Source: Elusimicrobiaceae bacterium (lineage in GTDB: Bacteria > Elusimicrobiota > Elusimicrobia > Elusimicrobiales > Elusimicrobiaceae). From it: a stretch of DNA of 64,000 bases. This document shows, one piece after another, positions 17,250-26,869 of this stretch (position 1 is its first letter; each line of letters opens with the position of its first letter). The translations under genes and the position numbers were made by a program. The stretch spans positions 74,161 through 138,160 of the forward strand of contig JAZNAY010000001.1 of NCBI GenBank assembly GCA_045586725.1, written 5' to 3'. The notes beneath the pieces were generated by a model, which saw only the letters and a program-made list of their open reading frames with translations, ran no database searches and had not been told where the DNA came from.

Positions 17250-17678
17250 TTATTTTTTACTGGGTAATAAGCAGAAAATTAATAATGGCATACCACTCAA
17301 AACCTGTGCAGCATCTATAAAAAGTTTTACTGTTTTAACTTGTGGCACATTTAATGATAGTAATCTCATAACAACTAGTAAAGAGAAAATACAGGATACG
17401 ATTGATGGAATTAATAATAATCCCCAATAGGGATTAAACCCGGTATCTCTTATTCTGCGGACAGTTATAGCCCAATGCGGTATATTATACGCCAACATGA
17501 TTGTTGCCCATATAATACTAAACATTGGATATAACATTATAAACGGTGCGGAAAATAAAGCAATTCCTATCCCAAATATCACAACCCACAAAACAAATAA
17601 CCAGTATTGTTTGCGAGTTGCTTTGCCGCTAAAATCAGCATAATGGTATCTTAGTACATCAATAAAATATTCTTTCAT
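17250..17678 (-). CDS. DUF805 domain inner-membrane protein
   Basis: DUF805 signature: FSGKATRKQYW near the N-terminus, TM helices, and RRIRDTGFNPYW. Confidence 0.8.
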   Translation of the reverse strand: MKEYFIDVLRYHYADFSGKATRKQYWLFVLWVVIFGIGIALFSAPFIMLYPMFSIIWATIMLAYNIPHWAITVRRIRDTGFNPYWGLLLIPSIVSCIFSLLVVMRLLSLNVPQVKTVKLFIDAAQVLSGMPLLIFCLLPSKK

Positions 17679-17690
17679 ACTTAATCTCCA

Positions 17691-19238
17691 TTAAATTATC
17701 AAACTTTCTGCTGTCATGTCTGCCGGTTTTGAAATTTCTAAAAGTTTCAAAACCGTTGGGGCAATATCTGCAAGTTTGCCACCGGTGGCAAGTTTAATAT
17801 CTTTTGCATTATCTGCGACGTATATAAATTCCACGGGGTTTGTTGTATGTGCGGTTTTGGGCATATTGATTTTATTATCCCACATGTCTTCCGCATTACC
17901 GTGGTCGGCGGTGATTAAAATTGCATAACCTGCTTTTAAAGCCGCGTCAACAACTTTACCGCAACACTCATCAACAACTTCAACAGCTTTTTTGGCTGCA
18001 TCAAAAGAACCTGTGTGGCCAACCATATCACAGTTTGCAAAATTCAAAACCACAAAATCATATTTGTTTTTTGAAATTTCCGTAACTGCGCGGTCCGCAA
18101 CAGTGCGGGCATCCATTTCCGGATGTTCGGCGTAAGTAGCAGGGTCAAAAGTGCCTTTGATTTCAATTCTGTCTTCCCCGGCAAAAGGTTTAATAAGTTT
18201 ACCGTTAAAGAAAGATGTAACGTGTTTAAATTTTTGTGTTTCGGCAATTCTAAGTTGCGTTTTGCCGGCTTTTGAAATAACTTCGCCGAGCAAATTATTC
18301 ATACTACCGCCTTCGCTCATCGGGGCAAGGGCATTGTATTTAAAACTATCATAATATTTTGTGAGCCCGCAATAAACAATATTCGGTCTGCGGTTGCGTT
18401 TGAGGGGGAAATCTTCTTCCACGAAAGCACGGGTTAACTGTATAGCCCTGTCTTGGCGGAAGTTGAAAAAGACAATGCCGTCCCCGTCTTTTACGCCGCT
18501 GTAACCTTCAATAACAGTTGGGGGGATATATTCATCCACCATTTTGCTGCCTGATGGTGTTTTATCGTTTTCATAGGAATTTTTAATAGCATCTTCTGCA
18601 CTTTTTGCAACGCGGCCTTTTGCATCAACAATAAGGTCATAGGCCTGTGTTGTTAAATCCCAAGTTTCATTTCTGTCCATCGCATAATAGCGGCCCATTA
18701 AAGTTGCAACGCGGCCAACTCCATATTCTTTAAATTTTTCTTCAAGCATTTTCAAGTAACCGAGAGAACTGTTTGGCGGTGTATCACGCCCGTCGGCGAA
18801 AAAGTGAACCCAAACGGTTTTAATACCAAGTTCCGCGGCTTTTTTGATTATATTATAAAGGTGATCTTGATGGGCGTGCACACCTTCATCTTGCACAAGG
18901 CCCATTAAATGCAAAGCACTGTTATTTTTGATGCAATTATCTAAAACCGCTTTAAAAGCAGGTGTATTATAAATTGAGCCGTCTTCAAATGCATCTTTTA
19001 AACGTTTTAATTCCTGCACGACAATGCGGCCTGCGCCCATATTTAAATGACCGACTTCAGATGAACCCATATAACCGGCCGGTAAACCGACTTCTTCGCC
19101 TGATGCTTCAATTAAAATATGCGGATATTTTGCCAAATAACTATTCACATTTGGTGTACTAGCGTTCAAAACTGCATTATTATTTTTATCTTTTCTTACA
19201 CCCCAACCGTCGCGGATAAGTAAAACAACCTTTTTCAT
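17691..19238 (-). CDS. gpmI: 2,3-bisphosphoglycerate-independent phosphoglycerate mutase
   Basis: 515 aa with iPGM motifs: DGWG near the N-terminus, SEVGHLNMGAGR, ADGRDT, ITADHGNAE. Confidence 0.95.
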   Translation of the reverse strand: MKKVVLLIRDGWGVRKDKNNNAVLNASTPNVNSYLAKYPHILIEASGEEVGLPAGYMGSSEVGHLNMGAGRIVVQELKRLKDAFEDGSIYNTPAFKAVLDNCIKNNSALHLMGLVQDEGVHAHQDHLYNIIKKAAELGIKTVWVHFFADGRDTPPNSSLGYLKMLEEKFKEYGVGRVATLMGRYYAMDRNETWDLTTQAYDLIVDAKGRVAKSAEDAIKNSYENDKTPSGSKMVDEYIPPTVIEGYSGVKDGDGIVFFNFRQDRAIQLTRAFVEEDFPLKRNRRPNIVYCGLTKYYDSFKYNALAPMSEGGSMNNLLGEVISKAGKTQLRIAETQKFKHVTSFFNGKLIKPFAGEDRIEIKGTFDPATYAEHPEMDARTVADRAVTEISKNKYDFVVLNFANCDMVGHTGSFDAAKKAVEVVDECCGKVVDAALKAGYAILITADHGNAEDMWDNKINMPKTAHTTNPVEFIYVADNAKDIKLATGGKLADIAPTVLKLLEISKPADMTAESLII

Positions 19239-19239
19239 A

Positions 19240-19836
19240 TTATCTATCTCCTATAATTTTTAAACCTATTTTTTTTGTTTGTAATTCTACTAAATCTTCC
19301 ACTGTTTGCGCTCCTGCTTGCATAAAGTGTTTTAAGAAGTGGTAAAAAATTTTTTCAGCCATAACGGTATCTGCCATGGCTCTGTGCCAACCCTCGCAAG
19401 AAAAGCCAAGTTCCTGTGCAATAATACCCAAACGGTTTCTTGAAAAGCAACCGTGTGTGCGGGCAAATTTTAAAGTATCTAACGTGGTAACTTCCGGCAT
19501 TTTTAGACCGGCATTTTCAAATTCATATTTAAGGAAAGGTACATCAAAATCAACATTATGGCAAATTAAAATACTATTTTCCAAATGTTCTGCCAAAGTT
19601 AAGGCAATATCTTTAAAATGTGGGGCATCAGTCACCATTTCATTCGTTATGCCGTGTATGGCGGTAATTTCAGGTGTAATATACATGTCCGGATTGATTA
19701 AAGTACTGTAACTGTTTACGCGTTTGCCCTCTTGGCTTGCAAGCAAGGCTACTTCGCAAATACGACCGCCACGCGGAAAACTTAAACCTGTTGTTTCTGT
19801 ATCTAAACAAACAAATTTTGCTTCTTTAATATACAT
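19240..19836 (-). CDS. DnaQ-like 3'-5' exonuclease (DNA polymerase III epsilon family)
   Basis: Exo I motif CLDTETTGL, Exo II HNVDFDVPFL, Exo III HRAMADT. Confidence 0.8.
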   Translation of the reverse strand: MYIKEAKFVCLDTETTGLSFPRGGRICEVALLASQEGKRVNSYSTLINPDMYITPEITAIHGITNEMVTDAPHFKDIALTLAEHLENSILICHNVDFDVPFLKYEFENAGLKMPEVTTLDTLKFARTHGCFSRNRLGIIAQELGFSCEGWHRAMADTVMAEKIFYHFLKHFMQAGAQTVEDLVELQTKKIGLKIIGDR

Positions 19837-20545
19837 TGTAAATCAGCCACCTTACACATAGTGCTATTAAAACGGTTAGAATTGTCCCAGAAACATTTTT
19901 ATGGGACATAAAACTTACTTGTTTTATATTGAATATCACAAATAAACAGCCTATCCATATAAGAGCAATTACGAAAGCAATATAGGATGGTAAAACTAAA
20001 GACATATAAAGCCCGGCACGGTAAATCATGGAAACATATCTTTCATCAAATGTAGGATAGTTTGTATGTACAAAATCTTTGGTAAACAAATGTATTAGAA
20101 CCATTAAAGCATGGGCTGATATTATCAAGCCGTTTAAAATTATTACGAATTTCAAAATCCAAAATGATATGCCGGCTTTATCTGTTAACATAAAAGGTGC
20201 TACTATAAACAAAACGGATATTTCAATGATTTGCCAGCAAATAAACATTAAGGCATTCATACCGATTACGTCGTGGTTATCGGATACATCAATATAGTCA
20301 CTTAACATATGAATAAAGGTAAGCAAAAATATTGTTTCAACCCCGTTAAATGAAACACCGGCAAGTGTAAACCATTTCATCTCAAGATAAGGCAAACAAC
20401 ATACCAGTAAGCAGACCATATATACAAAGCCATGAACAGATAACCCTTTAAAAGGATTTGTAATTTTCTTGCGGTAAATATAATCTGTATGAAAAGTAAA
20501 ATCCGCGAGCAAATGTGCAAGGAGTAAGTGCCAAAAAACAATCAT
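19826..20545 (-). CDS. DUF3307 family membrane protein
   Basis: N-terminus WHLLLAHLLADFTFHTD is typical of DUF3307. Multiple TM helices. Overlaps both neighbours. Confidence 0.65.
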   Translation of the reverse strand: MIVFWHLLLAHLLADFTFHTDYIYRKKITNPFKGLSVHGFVYMVCLLVCCLPYLEMKWFTLAGVSFNGVETIFLLTFIHMLSDYIDVSDNHDVIGMNALMFICWQIIEISVLFIVAPFMLTDKAGISFWILKFVIILNGLIISAHALMVLIHLFTKDFVHTNYPTFDERYVSMIYRAGLYMSLVLPSYIAFVIALIWIGCLFVIFNIKQVSFMSHKNVSGTILTVLIALCVRWLIYNVY

Positions 20546-22572
20546 TATGCTGTCCTCTCTTGATTTATAGGTAAGGTTATTGAAAATGTCGTCCCTTTAT
20601 TTTTTTCCGAAGTAACTTCAATATTTCCTTTATGTGCATCAACAATCTGTTTTACTATGGTTAAACCTAGGCCGTAACCGTTAACATTTCTGTCTGCCTG
20701 GTGATATTTTTTAAATATTTTCGGTAATTCTTCTTTCGGTATACCTATACCTGTATCGCGGACAGTAATTTTATAATTTTTTCCATCTTGTTTTATATCG
20801 ATAAAAACGCCGCCTTTAGAAGTAAATTTAATTGCATTTGATATTAAATTTGAAAATACTCTTTCAAGTAAATTCTTATCCGCGTCGATAGTGAATTTAT
20901 CTTCTGAATTTGTTTTTAGTTCTAAGTCTTTTTGTTTTGCTAGAGGGGTTAAGGTGTAAACAATATCATTAACCATTTTCGCCAAATTAAAAGTAGTTTT
21001 ATTTAAAACCAAAAGGCCTCGTTCGAGTTTTGAAATATCTAAAATATTTTCTACTAAATTTACAAGCATTTTTGAAGAATTAGAAATTGCTTTTAGCATT
21101 TGATTCTGTTCTTCTTTGCTAAGGTTGCCTTCTTCTAAAAGCATAATGTAACCTTGTATACCAAGTATCGGGGCGCGGAGGTCATGTGCAACAGCATTAA
21201 AGACATCATTTTTCATTTCACTGATTTCGTGTTCTGATGTAATATCCCTAAACAAAATGATTGCAACCGCTTCCTGGTTTTGTGGGCGGAAAGTTTCAAT
21301 TACAACTTCAAAATAGGCCGGTTTACCGTCTTTAATATAATTAAAAACGGTTCCACTCGGTACTTTTAATAATTCTTTTAAAGATGGGTCTTCCAGATCT
21401 TCCAAACGGATTGTTTTTTCAAGATTTTTTGCAAAGGCTTCGCTTGTTAAAATATGTTTTGCCGTTTTATTCGCAAAAAGTTCTTTGCCGTCCAATGTGC
21501 ACATTACAATTCCGTCCCTCATTAGGCGGGCAAGCAAATTAACCTTATTCTGTTCTTCAAGTAATTTATCAAGTTGGACGGCTTGATATTCTTTGAGTTT
21601 TACTACCATGGAATTAAAAGTTTTTATCAGCGGGGTAAATTCTTCCAAATACTTATTTTCATCAATGTGTACGGAAAAATTATTTTTTGTTATTTCATTT
21701 GCTGCATCAATAAGTTTATCCATCGGTTCTGCCAAATCTTCCGCAAAATACATAGATGCGAAATAAGATAGAGTTGTCGTCGCTAATACGAAGAAAATAA
21801 TGAGCCAAGAAATGAAATTTATTGTGTAAAATGCTTCCTTTTGGTTTTGAAGTAAAAACAGATAACCTTCACCTATCGGGTTTTTTATATAGGCACCGGC
21901 TAATGTTGAACCTGCCTGTGTTTTAAAATTAGAAATTGTTCCCTGTAAATCTAAATTTTGCTCACTTAAATTTATAATAGGTAGTGTGTTATTGCTTAAT
22001 ACGTGATAACCGTTTTTATCTAGAAAATATAAACCGCCGCTGTTACCTATTTTATGCAATTCCGTTTGGGTAATAAGATTTGTAATGTCTGCAACCATTA
22101 GTAAGATATTTCCATTATCTTGTTTTAAGGTAATAGTTGTGTAAGGGGGGAAAATGTCTTCCGGATAATTTATTTTTACTTGCCTAGATGGAATATCTTT
22201 TAATTCAGTATTTTGGGATAAATCCATAGTAGGTAAATCTTCAAAATTTATATTTTTTGCCCTTGCAAGTTCTTTACCTCCCGGGGAAAATAAAGAAATA
22301 AATAAAATATTTGTATCTTTTATTACCTGATTATTTAAGGTATTCTTTTGTTGTTCTAAAGTTTGATTAACCAGCAAAGCATTTATATTTTGTGCTAACG
22401 TGAGAGCATAATTTTCCAAAGAAAAGGCAAAAATTTCGACTGTATTTAAATAGTTTTGTAAAAGTTCCTTTTTTGCATGTTTCTGATATTGAAATAAAAA
22501 TACGGCAGTTATTAAAAGCGGAGCAATAACAACAAACAGAAACATTCTAAATAATTTCGGAAATATTTTCAT
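20545..22572 (-). CDS. sensor histidine kinase (periplasmic sensor, HAMP, PAS-like, HisKA, HATPase)
   Basis: Two TM segments flank a periplasmic domain of about 230 aa. H-box AHDLRAPI, N-box SNAIKFT, G-boxes DTGIGI and GYGLGL. No response regulator is adjacent. Confidence 0.85.
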   Translation of the reverse strand: MKIFPKLFRMFLFVVIAPLLITAVFLFQYQKHAKKELLQNYLNTVEIFAFSLENYALTLAQNINALLVNQTLEQQKNTLNNQVIKDTNILFISLFSPGGKELARAKNINFEDLPTMDLSQNTELKDIPSRQVKINYPEDIFPPYTTITLKQDNGNILLMVADITNLITQTELHKIGNSGGLYFLDKNGYHVLSNNTLPIINLSEQNLDLQGTISNFKTQAGSTLAGAYIKNPIGEGYLFLLQNQKEAFYTINFISWLIIFFVLATTTLSYFASMYFAEDLAEPMDKLIDAANEITKNNFSVHIDENKYLEEFTPLIKTFNSMVVKLKEYQAVQLDKLLEEQNKVNLLARLMRDGIVMCTLDGKELFANKTAKHILTSEAFAKNLEKTIRLEDLEDPSLKELLKVPSGTVFNYIKDGKPAYFEVVIETFRPQNQEAVAIILFRDITSEHEISEMKNDVFNAVAHDLRAPILGIQGYIMLLEEGNLSKEEQNQMLKAISNSSKMLVNLVENILDISKLERGLLVLNKTTFNLAKMVNDIVYTLTPLAKQKDLELKTNSEDKFTIDADKNLLERVFSNLISNAIKFTSKGGVFIDIKQDGKNYKITVRDTGIGIPKEELPKIFKKYHQADRNVNGYGLGLTIVKQIVDAHKGNIEVTSEKNKGTTFSITLPINQERTA

Positions 22573-22590
22573 TTGCTTTACCTGATTTGT

Positions 22591-23274
22591 TTAAATATCT
22601 TTTATTCCTGCCTTTTCAAAACCTGCTTTTCTTAGACGGCATGCATCACATTTTCCGCAGGGTTTTTGACCGCCGCGGTAACAACTCCAGGTTGAAGCAA
22701 AAGGTACACCTAATTTGGCACCGAGTTTCGCAATTTGTGCTTTGCTTAATTTAAGTAATGGTGTTAAAACTGCTATGCGTGGGCCACCGACTGCAGAACG
22801 TGTCCCTTCAAAAATTGCACGTTCTAACGGGATATAAAATCTAGGGCGACAGTCCGGATAGCCGGAGTAGTCAACTGAATTTGCTCCCAAAACTATTGCA
22901 CTGGCGCCGATACTATCTGCCAAAGATGCTGCAATAGATGCAAAAATTAAGTTTCTTGCCGGTACATATGTTGAAGGTAAACGTCCGATGGCTTTGATTT
23001 TCGACAAAGGTTCATTTGGAATCGGGGTTTTATTCCCTACTAAAGATGTTACTTCTTTAAGCCAAGGTAAATTAAGGCTTATTTCAATTAATTTAACCTT
23101 TAAATCTTTACATATTTTACGGCAGCAATCTCTCTCTTTTTTATGTTTTTGGCCGTAGGCTATATTTAGACAAACGCATTCATAACCTTGATGCAAAGCC
23201 CAATATAAACAAGTGGTGGAGTCAAGCCCTCCTGAGTGTAAAATTATTGCTTTTTTTATTTTTTTTGCAGTCAT
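22591..23274 (-). CDS. queC: 7-cyano-7-deazaguanine synthase
   Basis: PP-loop SGGLDST and a C-terminal zinc Cys cluster (CGKCDACRLR). Confidence 0.9.
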   Translation of the reverse strand: MTAKKIKKAIILHSGGLDSTTCLYWALHQGYECVCLNIAYGQKHKKERDCCRKICKDLKVKLIEISLNLPWLKEVTSLVGNKTPIPNEPLSKIKAIGRLPSTYVPARNLIFASIAASLADSIGASAIVLGANSVDYSGYPDCRPRFYIPLERAIFEGTRSAVGGPRIAVLTPLLKLSKAQIAKLGAKLGVPFASTWSCYRGGQKPCGKCDACRLRKAGFEKAGIKDI

Positions 23275-23714
23275 TATTTCTCCTCGCTATTTAGAGCAGC
23301 GGTGGTTTGTGCGAATTTAGTAATTATTTCAATTTCTTCTTCGCTGAGGTCGTCTAAATATTTAACCAAATTCGTTGCCAAAGTTATTGGGCGCCCATTA
23401 GTATTATCTTCATCAAAATATTGCTTTATTAACAAGGCATTTGCACCGTGGGCTGCCGCAAAATTTTGCAATTTTAAGATGCTGGCTTCAATAATTTTTG
23501 GATCACTCGGTAAGTTTTTTATACGCTGAATGCCGATATTGGACCAAGGTCGTGTAATTTGGTTCACATTCGTAAATACAGGTAAATCTTTGCCTTCAGT
23601 TACTTTAACAGGTAAATTTTGTGGGCCTATTGGAATATAATCTGATTTGCCTTGCATGGAAGCACAGGCCGTTAAAGAAAATAGAACTAAAGTTAAGAAT
23701 AAATATTTTTTCAT
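23274..23714 (-). CDS. lipoprotein of unknown function
   Basis: Signal and lipobox MKKYLFLTLVLFSLTACAS. 146 aa. Confidence 0.55.
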   Translation of the reverse strand: MKKYLFLTLVLFSLTACASMQGKSDYIPIGPQNLPVKVTEGKDLPVFTNVNQITRPWSNIGIQRIKNLPSDPKIIEASILKLQNFAAAHGANALLIKQYFDEDNTNGRPITLATNLVKYLDDLSEEEIEIITKFAQTTAALNSEEK

Positions 23715-23722
23715 ATAATCTC

Positions 23723-24748
23723 CTAATTTTTTGCAGCAAGTTGCCCGCAGGCGGCTGCGATATCTGCACCTAAACTTTTGCGGACAGTTACTTTAATATT
23801 CATTTTTTCTAAGGCCTCAGCAAAAGCATAAACAGCCGCGGCAGGCGGTGTTTTGGCTTTTGAAGTAGCCTCGTTACAAGCAATTAAATTGACGTGCAAA
23901 AGATAATTATCTCTAAAAGAATTTATCCATTTGCCGAGTTTTCTAATGTGTGCTGGTAAATTATTTACTCCGTCTATAACAGTATATTCTAAAAAGACCT
24001 CGCGCGCATTTAATTTCAAATAATTTTCAAGTTCTTTTTTTAAGATATCAAGGTTATATTTGCGGTTTATAGGCATTAAAGCGGAACGTTCTTTATTATC
24101 GGCATTATGTAAAGAAAGAGCCAAATTTACTTGTGGTAATTCTTTTGCTAAATTTTCAAATTTATCGGCAATACCGGATGTGGAAATTGATATATGGCGT
24201 TTTCCTATATTTAAATAGTCTTTGTTTGATAGAATTCCAACCGCCTGTTTGACTTCGCAGTAATTTAAAAGAGGTTCGCCCATCCCCATAAAAACAATAT
24301 TTGAAACATGTTCACCTTTAAATTCTTTTTGTAAAAATTGGTGCCAAAATAAAACTTGGTCTGAAATTTCTTCCGCAGTTAAATTGCGTTTAAAACCTAA
24401 TTTACCGGTTGCACAAAAGGCACATCCCAAAGGGCAGCCTGCTTGGGAAGAAACACAAACACTCCAAAATTTGCCGGGTTTCATTAAAACGGTTTCTATT
24501 TTAGGACCGTCGTGTAATTTCAGTAAAGCTTTATAAACTCTATCTAGTTTTGAACTTTGTAATTTTACAAGGTCAAAAGATAGAATTTTGAAATTTTTAT
24601 TTAAGGCTTCCTGTAAATTTTTAGGTAAAGTTTTTATATCGTTCCAAGAACTTTTGCCGTCAACAAAAACCCCTTGCCTGATTTGATTTAGGCGGTAAGC
24701 CGGGAAATTTTGTTCTTTTACAAAGTTTTTTATTTTGATAAAGTCCAT
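23723..24748 (-). CDS. rlmN: 23S rRNA (adenine2503-C2)-methyltransferase, radical SAM
   Basis: Radical SAM motif CPLGCAFCATG and C-terminal ACGQL. I prefer the ATG at 24748; the ORF-track start at 24766 is a TTG. Confidence 0.9.
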   Translation of the reverse strand: MDFIKIKNFVKEQNFPAYRLNQIRQGVFVDGKSSWNDIKTLPKNLQEALNKNFKILSFDLVKLQSSKLDRVYKALLKLHDGPKIETVLMKPGKFWSVCVSSQAGCPLGCAFCATGKLGFKRNLTAEEISDQVLFWHQFLQKEFKGEHVSNIVFMGMGEPLLNYCEVKQAVGILSNKDYLNIGKRHISISTSGIADKFENLAKELPQVNLALSLHNADNKERSALMPINRKYNLDILKKELENYLKLNAREVFLEYTVIDGVNNLPAHIRKLGKWINSFRDNYLLHVNLIACNEATSKAKTPPAAAVYAFAEALEKMNIKVTVRKSLGADIAAACGQLAAKN

Positions 24749-24811
24749 ATATAAACATTTTATCAAATTTACGGGGATAAGGTTTCTTTTATTTATAATT
24801 TTAACTTTTGA

Positions 24812-24839
24812 TTGACATTTTTTTTTTTTTTCTTAAAAT
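24812..24839 (+). promoter_or_regulatory. promoter of pilin-like gene 24882..25409 with a T14 homopolymer as spacer
   Basis: TTGACA (24812-24817), then T14 (24818-24831) plus CT, then TAAAAT (24834-24839). The spacer is 16 nt. This is the longest homopolymer I saw in the window. Confidence 0.55.
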
Positions 24840-24881
24840 ACATTTATACTCAAATCTTATAAAATGAGCAAGGGAGAAAAT

Positions 24882-25409
24882 ATGAAAAATAAAAAAGGTT
24901 TTACTTTACTTGAATTATTGGTAGTAGTTTTAATTATAGGTATATTGGCAAGTATTGCTTTGCCGCAATATCGTATGGCAGTAACAAAGGCAAGAGTTGC
25001 AAGTATATTACCACTAATGCGAAGATGGTATGACGCTATGGCAGAATATAGATTACAACATGGTGATTACAATATTAATGATGCCTCTGCTTTAGGTGTA
25101 TCTTGGCCAACTGATTGGAAAATAAGTGGTTCTAATAATCTTTGTGATGATCATGTAGAATGTTCAAATGATTATTGGTATTGCTTCGCTAATGAAGAGC
25201 TCTCGGGGCAGGTTTATTGTGATCACACTACAAATGATGGCGCTTTTGCAATAGTTTTATTTCAACCAGATGAACCTCTTTATAAAAAATGTCAAGGTAA
25301 AATAGCTTGTTATGCTGATGGTGAAGATGCCAATAAAGTTTGCAAAGCATTAGGTGGTACAATTGTCCGAGGTACAGGTATTACTTGGGAATATGTCTAT
25401 TTGTTATAA
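24882..25409 (+). CDS. prepilin-type N-terminal cleavage/methylation domain protein (pilin-like)
   Basis: MKNKKGFTLLELLVVVLIIGILASIALPQY, with RBS AGGGAG upstream of the ATG at 24882. The C-terminal domain is paralogous to 665..1219. Confidence 0.85.
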   Translation: MKNKKGFTLLELLVVVLIIGILASIALPQYRMAVTKARVASILPLMRRWYDAMAEYRLQHGDYNINDASALGVSWPTDWKISGSNNLCDDHVECSNDYWYCFANEELSGQVYCDHTTNDGAFAIVLFQPDEPLYKKCQGKIACYADGEDANKVCKALGGTIVRGTGITWEYVYLL

Positions 25410-25430
25410 ATAAGATCGCGATACAAGGAT

Positions 25431-25485
25431 AAAAATTTACCAAAAAGACGTCGCTGCCACAAAACTTAAATTGCGAAAATTCCTA
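25431..25485 (-). repeat. left-arm fragment of the structured intergenic element (copy D)
   Basis: The reverse complement reads GAATTTTCGCAATTTAAGTTTTGTGGCAGCGACGTCTTTTTGGTAAATTTTT. This matches the first ~55 nt of copy A (GAAATTTGCAGT...GTCTTTTTGGTAAATTTTG), after which similarity stops. Confidence 0.55.
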
Positions 25486-25524
25486 CTTTTTGCCTATTTG
25501 TCCCAAAAAATATAAAATATATAC

Positions 25525-26376
25525 ATGAGACAAATAAACCTAAACTCAAATCAAGGTTCTAAATGGTTGCCGACGGTATATATTATAATTTCCTTGGCTT
25601 TAATGATACTGCCGCTTCAGCAAACTGTCAATTCCGTTAGGGCAGTACTTGCTTATTTGTTCATACCCCAACTGCGTTTAGCCCACCAAACAAAAGAATA
25701 TTTTAAAGATATCAACGAAGGAACACAAACTTTATTAAATGTCGCTTTGGAAAATTTTGAACTTAAAGAAAAGTTAAAAAAGATTCAAATTGAAGCACTG
25801 GAATTACCTACTTTAAAAGAAGAAAATGACCGCTTACGTAAAGCATTGAATTTAAAAGAATCAATAAAAATCAACGGTATTTGGGCAAAAGTGGCTTATA
25901 AAGAACCGAATAAAATGTCCAGCCTTATTATTGATAAAGGGGAAGAAGATGGTATTTCCTTGCGTTCCCCGGTTATCGCTTTAACATTAGATGGTACACC
26001 GGCTTTGCTAGGTATGATTGTTGAGATTTCAAAAAACACATCAAAAGTTTTACTTTTGCCTGATGAAGATTTTAATGCTTATGTTTACCTTGGAAATACA
26101 AAAACCGAAGGACTTTTAAAAGGCCAAGGTTTAAGAGCTGTGATTTTAAAATATCTGCCTTTGGAGGAAGATTTAAAAATTGATACACCTGTTTTTACAT
26201 CTTCTTCAAGTGCATTGTTCCCGGAGGGATTGTTAGTCGGTTATCTTTTAAATGACGGTATGGAAGGTTTGACAGGTGCTTCAACTTATAAAGAGCCTAC
26301 ATTAAAGCCCGCTTTGAATTTTGATACGGTCAAAGAGGTTTTTGTTTTGTCTTATAAGGGGGCAAATAATGCTTAG
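25525..26376 (+). CDS. mreC: rod shape-determining protein MreC
   Basis: N-terminal TM segment, coiled coil (ENFELKEKLKKIQIEALELPTLKEENDRLRK), then a beta-barrel domain. Sits in mreCD-mrdA-rodA gene order. Confidence 0.85.
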   Translation: MRQINLNSNQGSKWLPTVYIIISLALMILPLQQTVNSVRAVLAYLFIPQLRLAHQTKEYFKDINEGTQTLLNVALENFELKEKLKKIQIEALELPTLKEENDRLRKALNLKESIKINGIWAKVAYKEPNKMSSLIIDKGEEDGISLRSPVIALTLDGTPALLGMIVEISKNTSKVLLLPDEDFNAYVYLGNTKTEGLLKGQGLRAVILKYLPLEEDLKIDTPVFTSSSSALFPEGLLVGYLLNDGMEGLTGASTYKEPTLKPALNFDTVKEVFVLSYKGANNA

Positions 26377-26869
26377 AATATTAAACCTCGTTTTAGTTTT
26401 TATTGCCGCAACCATTTTTTATTGGCTCGGTTTAATTGTATTTGCTCCGCTTGAATTATCAGTTAATATGATGCTTGCTTTCAGTATAATAATTGCAGTA
26501 ATACTGCCGCAAAGATATGGGTATACTTTTGCATTTTTCAGTGGTTTATTTTTAGATTTTTTGGGTACTTCACTTTTTGGTTCGCACGCACTTGCTTTTA
26601 CCGTACTTATGGTTTTTTTCTATCAAGTTAGAGATAAAATTGATTTTAAAGAAAGCATACCTCAAATGGTTATAACAGGGATGCTTAATATTTTGTTTAT
26701 CATTATTTTTGGTTTGCTTTCCAAAGTGTTTACAGGTTTCTTTGTATGGCAAGGGTGGAAAGATTTAATTTTCAGTTCTATCGTTTTAGGTTTAATTATG
26801 CCCTTATTTTACAATATAACCGATAAACTTTTGATATTTAATGTATTAAAAAAAGTAGATGAAAACTAA
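26369..26869 (+). CDS. mreD: rod shape-determining protein MreD
   Basis: Polytopic small membrane protein directly after mreC. The ATG at 26369 is preceded by AAGGGGG and overlaps the mreC stop. Confidence 0.7.
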   Translation: MLRILNLVLVFIAATIFYWLGLIVFAPLELSVNMMLAFSIIIAVILPQRYGYTFAFFSGLFLDFLGTSLFGSHALAFTVLMVFFYQVRDKIDFKESIPQMVITGMLNILFIIIFGLLSKVFTGFFVWQGWKDLIFSSIVLGLIMPLFYNITDKLLIFNVLKKVDEN

